Shown piece by piece: positions 63,401 through 64,000 of a stretch of 64,000 nucleotides of DNA; the first letter of the stretch is position 1, and each line of letters opens with the position of its first letter. Position numbers and translations under genes: made by a program. The stretch covers positions 233,105 to 297,104 of the IMG/VR virus record IMGVR_UViG_3300025141_000016; one strand, 5' to 3'. The notes under the pieces are model-generated. The model was not told the DNA's origin. It did not search any database and saw only the letters and a list, made by a program, of their open reading frames with translations.

Positions 63401-63999
63401 TAGCCGCTCCCCGTTCCGGGACCCTTCCCTCCGTACATGATGTTGGCCCATACCGGAGTGCGACCCCGCTGTTCCCTTCCTTCCGGAATCTTAGGAACTT
63501 CGGTGCCCATAGGGGTGGCCTGGTAATCAAAGCCTACGGGATGTGGGTCTGACTCCACACAAGGGGAATCTTCCGGGCGCGTATAACGGGTCTCGGGCCA
63601 CGCCAAGCTTTCCAGGTTGCCCAAAGGAACCTGATACCGAATGTCCTGTGAATCCAAGTAGCCGATTTGGAAGGCTTGTTGGAGTGTCACCCCTCGCACT
63701 CCCGTTCTACGAACCGGGCCAATGGAATACCGTTCCCCATTCTGCTTCACAATGAAGTCTCGTTGGCTGAGCATAGGGCTGGGACTGGTCCACACTTCAT
63801 AGGTGTGCTCCAACCTCCGGCCGTTAACCGTCTGGGCAACCCTGCGTTCTGCATCATCCGGACCAACGATCAAGTCAATCGGACCCTCGTAGCCCCCAAG
63901 GAAACCAGTACCGAAACAAGACACACACTGGTTCACAGGCTGCTTGGTGTAGGTCAACAACCGTTCATCCCAAGAACAGTTGCACACCGTTCCCGTTAC
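63400..63999 (-). CDS. Probable head-closure/neck protein, 5'-truncated
   Basis: Frame open to the window end; CNC..CVSCFGTGF.GGY..P..SQRDFIV..RY pattern. Confidence 0.55.
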   Translation of the reverse strand, partial: VTGTVCNCSWDERLLTYTKQPVNQCVSCFGTGFLGGYEGPIDLIVGPDDAERRVAQTVNGRRLEHTYEVWTSPSPMLSQRDFIVKQNGERYSIGPVRRTGVRGVTLQQAFQIGYLDSQDIRYQVPLGNLESLAWPETRYTRPEDSPCVESDPHPVGFDYQATPMGTEVPKIPEGREQRGRTPVWANIMYGGKGPGTGSG

Positions 64000-64000
64000 T

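Noticed and set aside
1-64000. Genome-wide stop-codon reassignment
   Set aside because: Conserved genes end correctly at TAG, TGA and TAA; only one suspicious in-frame TGA was found.
1-64000. tRNA, rRNA, introns, inteins, reverse transcriptase (DGR/retron), integrase or transposase
   Set aside because: None recognised by eye; RNR, RecA and RecD2 have normal lengths. tRNAscan or Infernal would be needed to exclude small RNAs.

Overview
This window looks like part of a large, GC-rich contractile-tailed (myovirus/jumbo-like) phage genome. The host cannot be determined from it. It contains a DNA replication/recombination set: class II RNR, Pol III-like clamp and clamp-loader subunits (DnaN, DnaX, HolA, HolB), RecD2, SSB, RuvC, RecA, a split SbcC plus SbcD, a Cas4/AddB-like nuclease and a primase. 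It also has transcription factors (three sigma-like proteins, NusG), structural and lysis genes (1829-aa tail sheath, baseplate, neck, endolysin, holin-like) and an actin-like protein. The main signal is a 'tagged cargo' system. About 18 otherwise unrelated ORFs carry short recurring peptide tags: tag A LIRLASTLPxGSxERRAILAGL (9 copies), tag B SAxRVAARY (16 copies) and LLP[IV]E (3 copies). The tags and [KR]-x-A-[SAG] linkers bracket interchangeable enzyme-like modules (ADP-ribosyltransferase, GNAT, papain/transglutaminase, zincin, C39 peptidase, ParB-like, RelA/SpoT-like, HAD+2H RNA repair, an ECF-sigma-like domain). These genes and the structural genes sit behind one conserved motif (CGGTAR-N5-CTAT, 19 sites), while replication and accessory genes sit behind a second (GGGGT-N17-SGGTA, 11 sites). 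I infer capsid-targeted, protease-processed effector polyproteins injected with the DNA. All product calls come from motif recognition by eye; no database searches were run.
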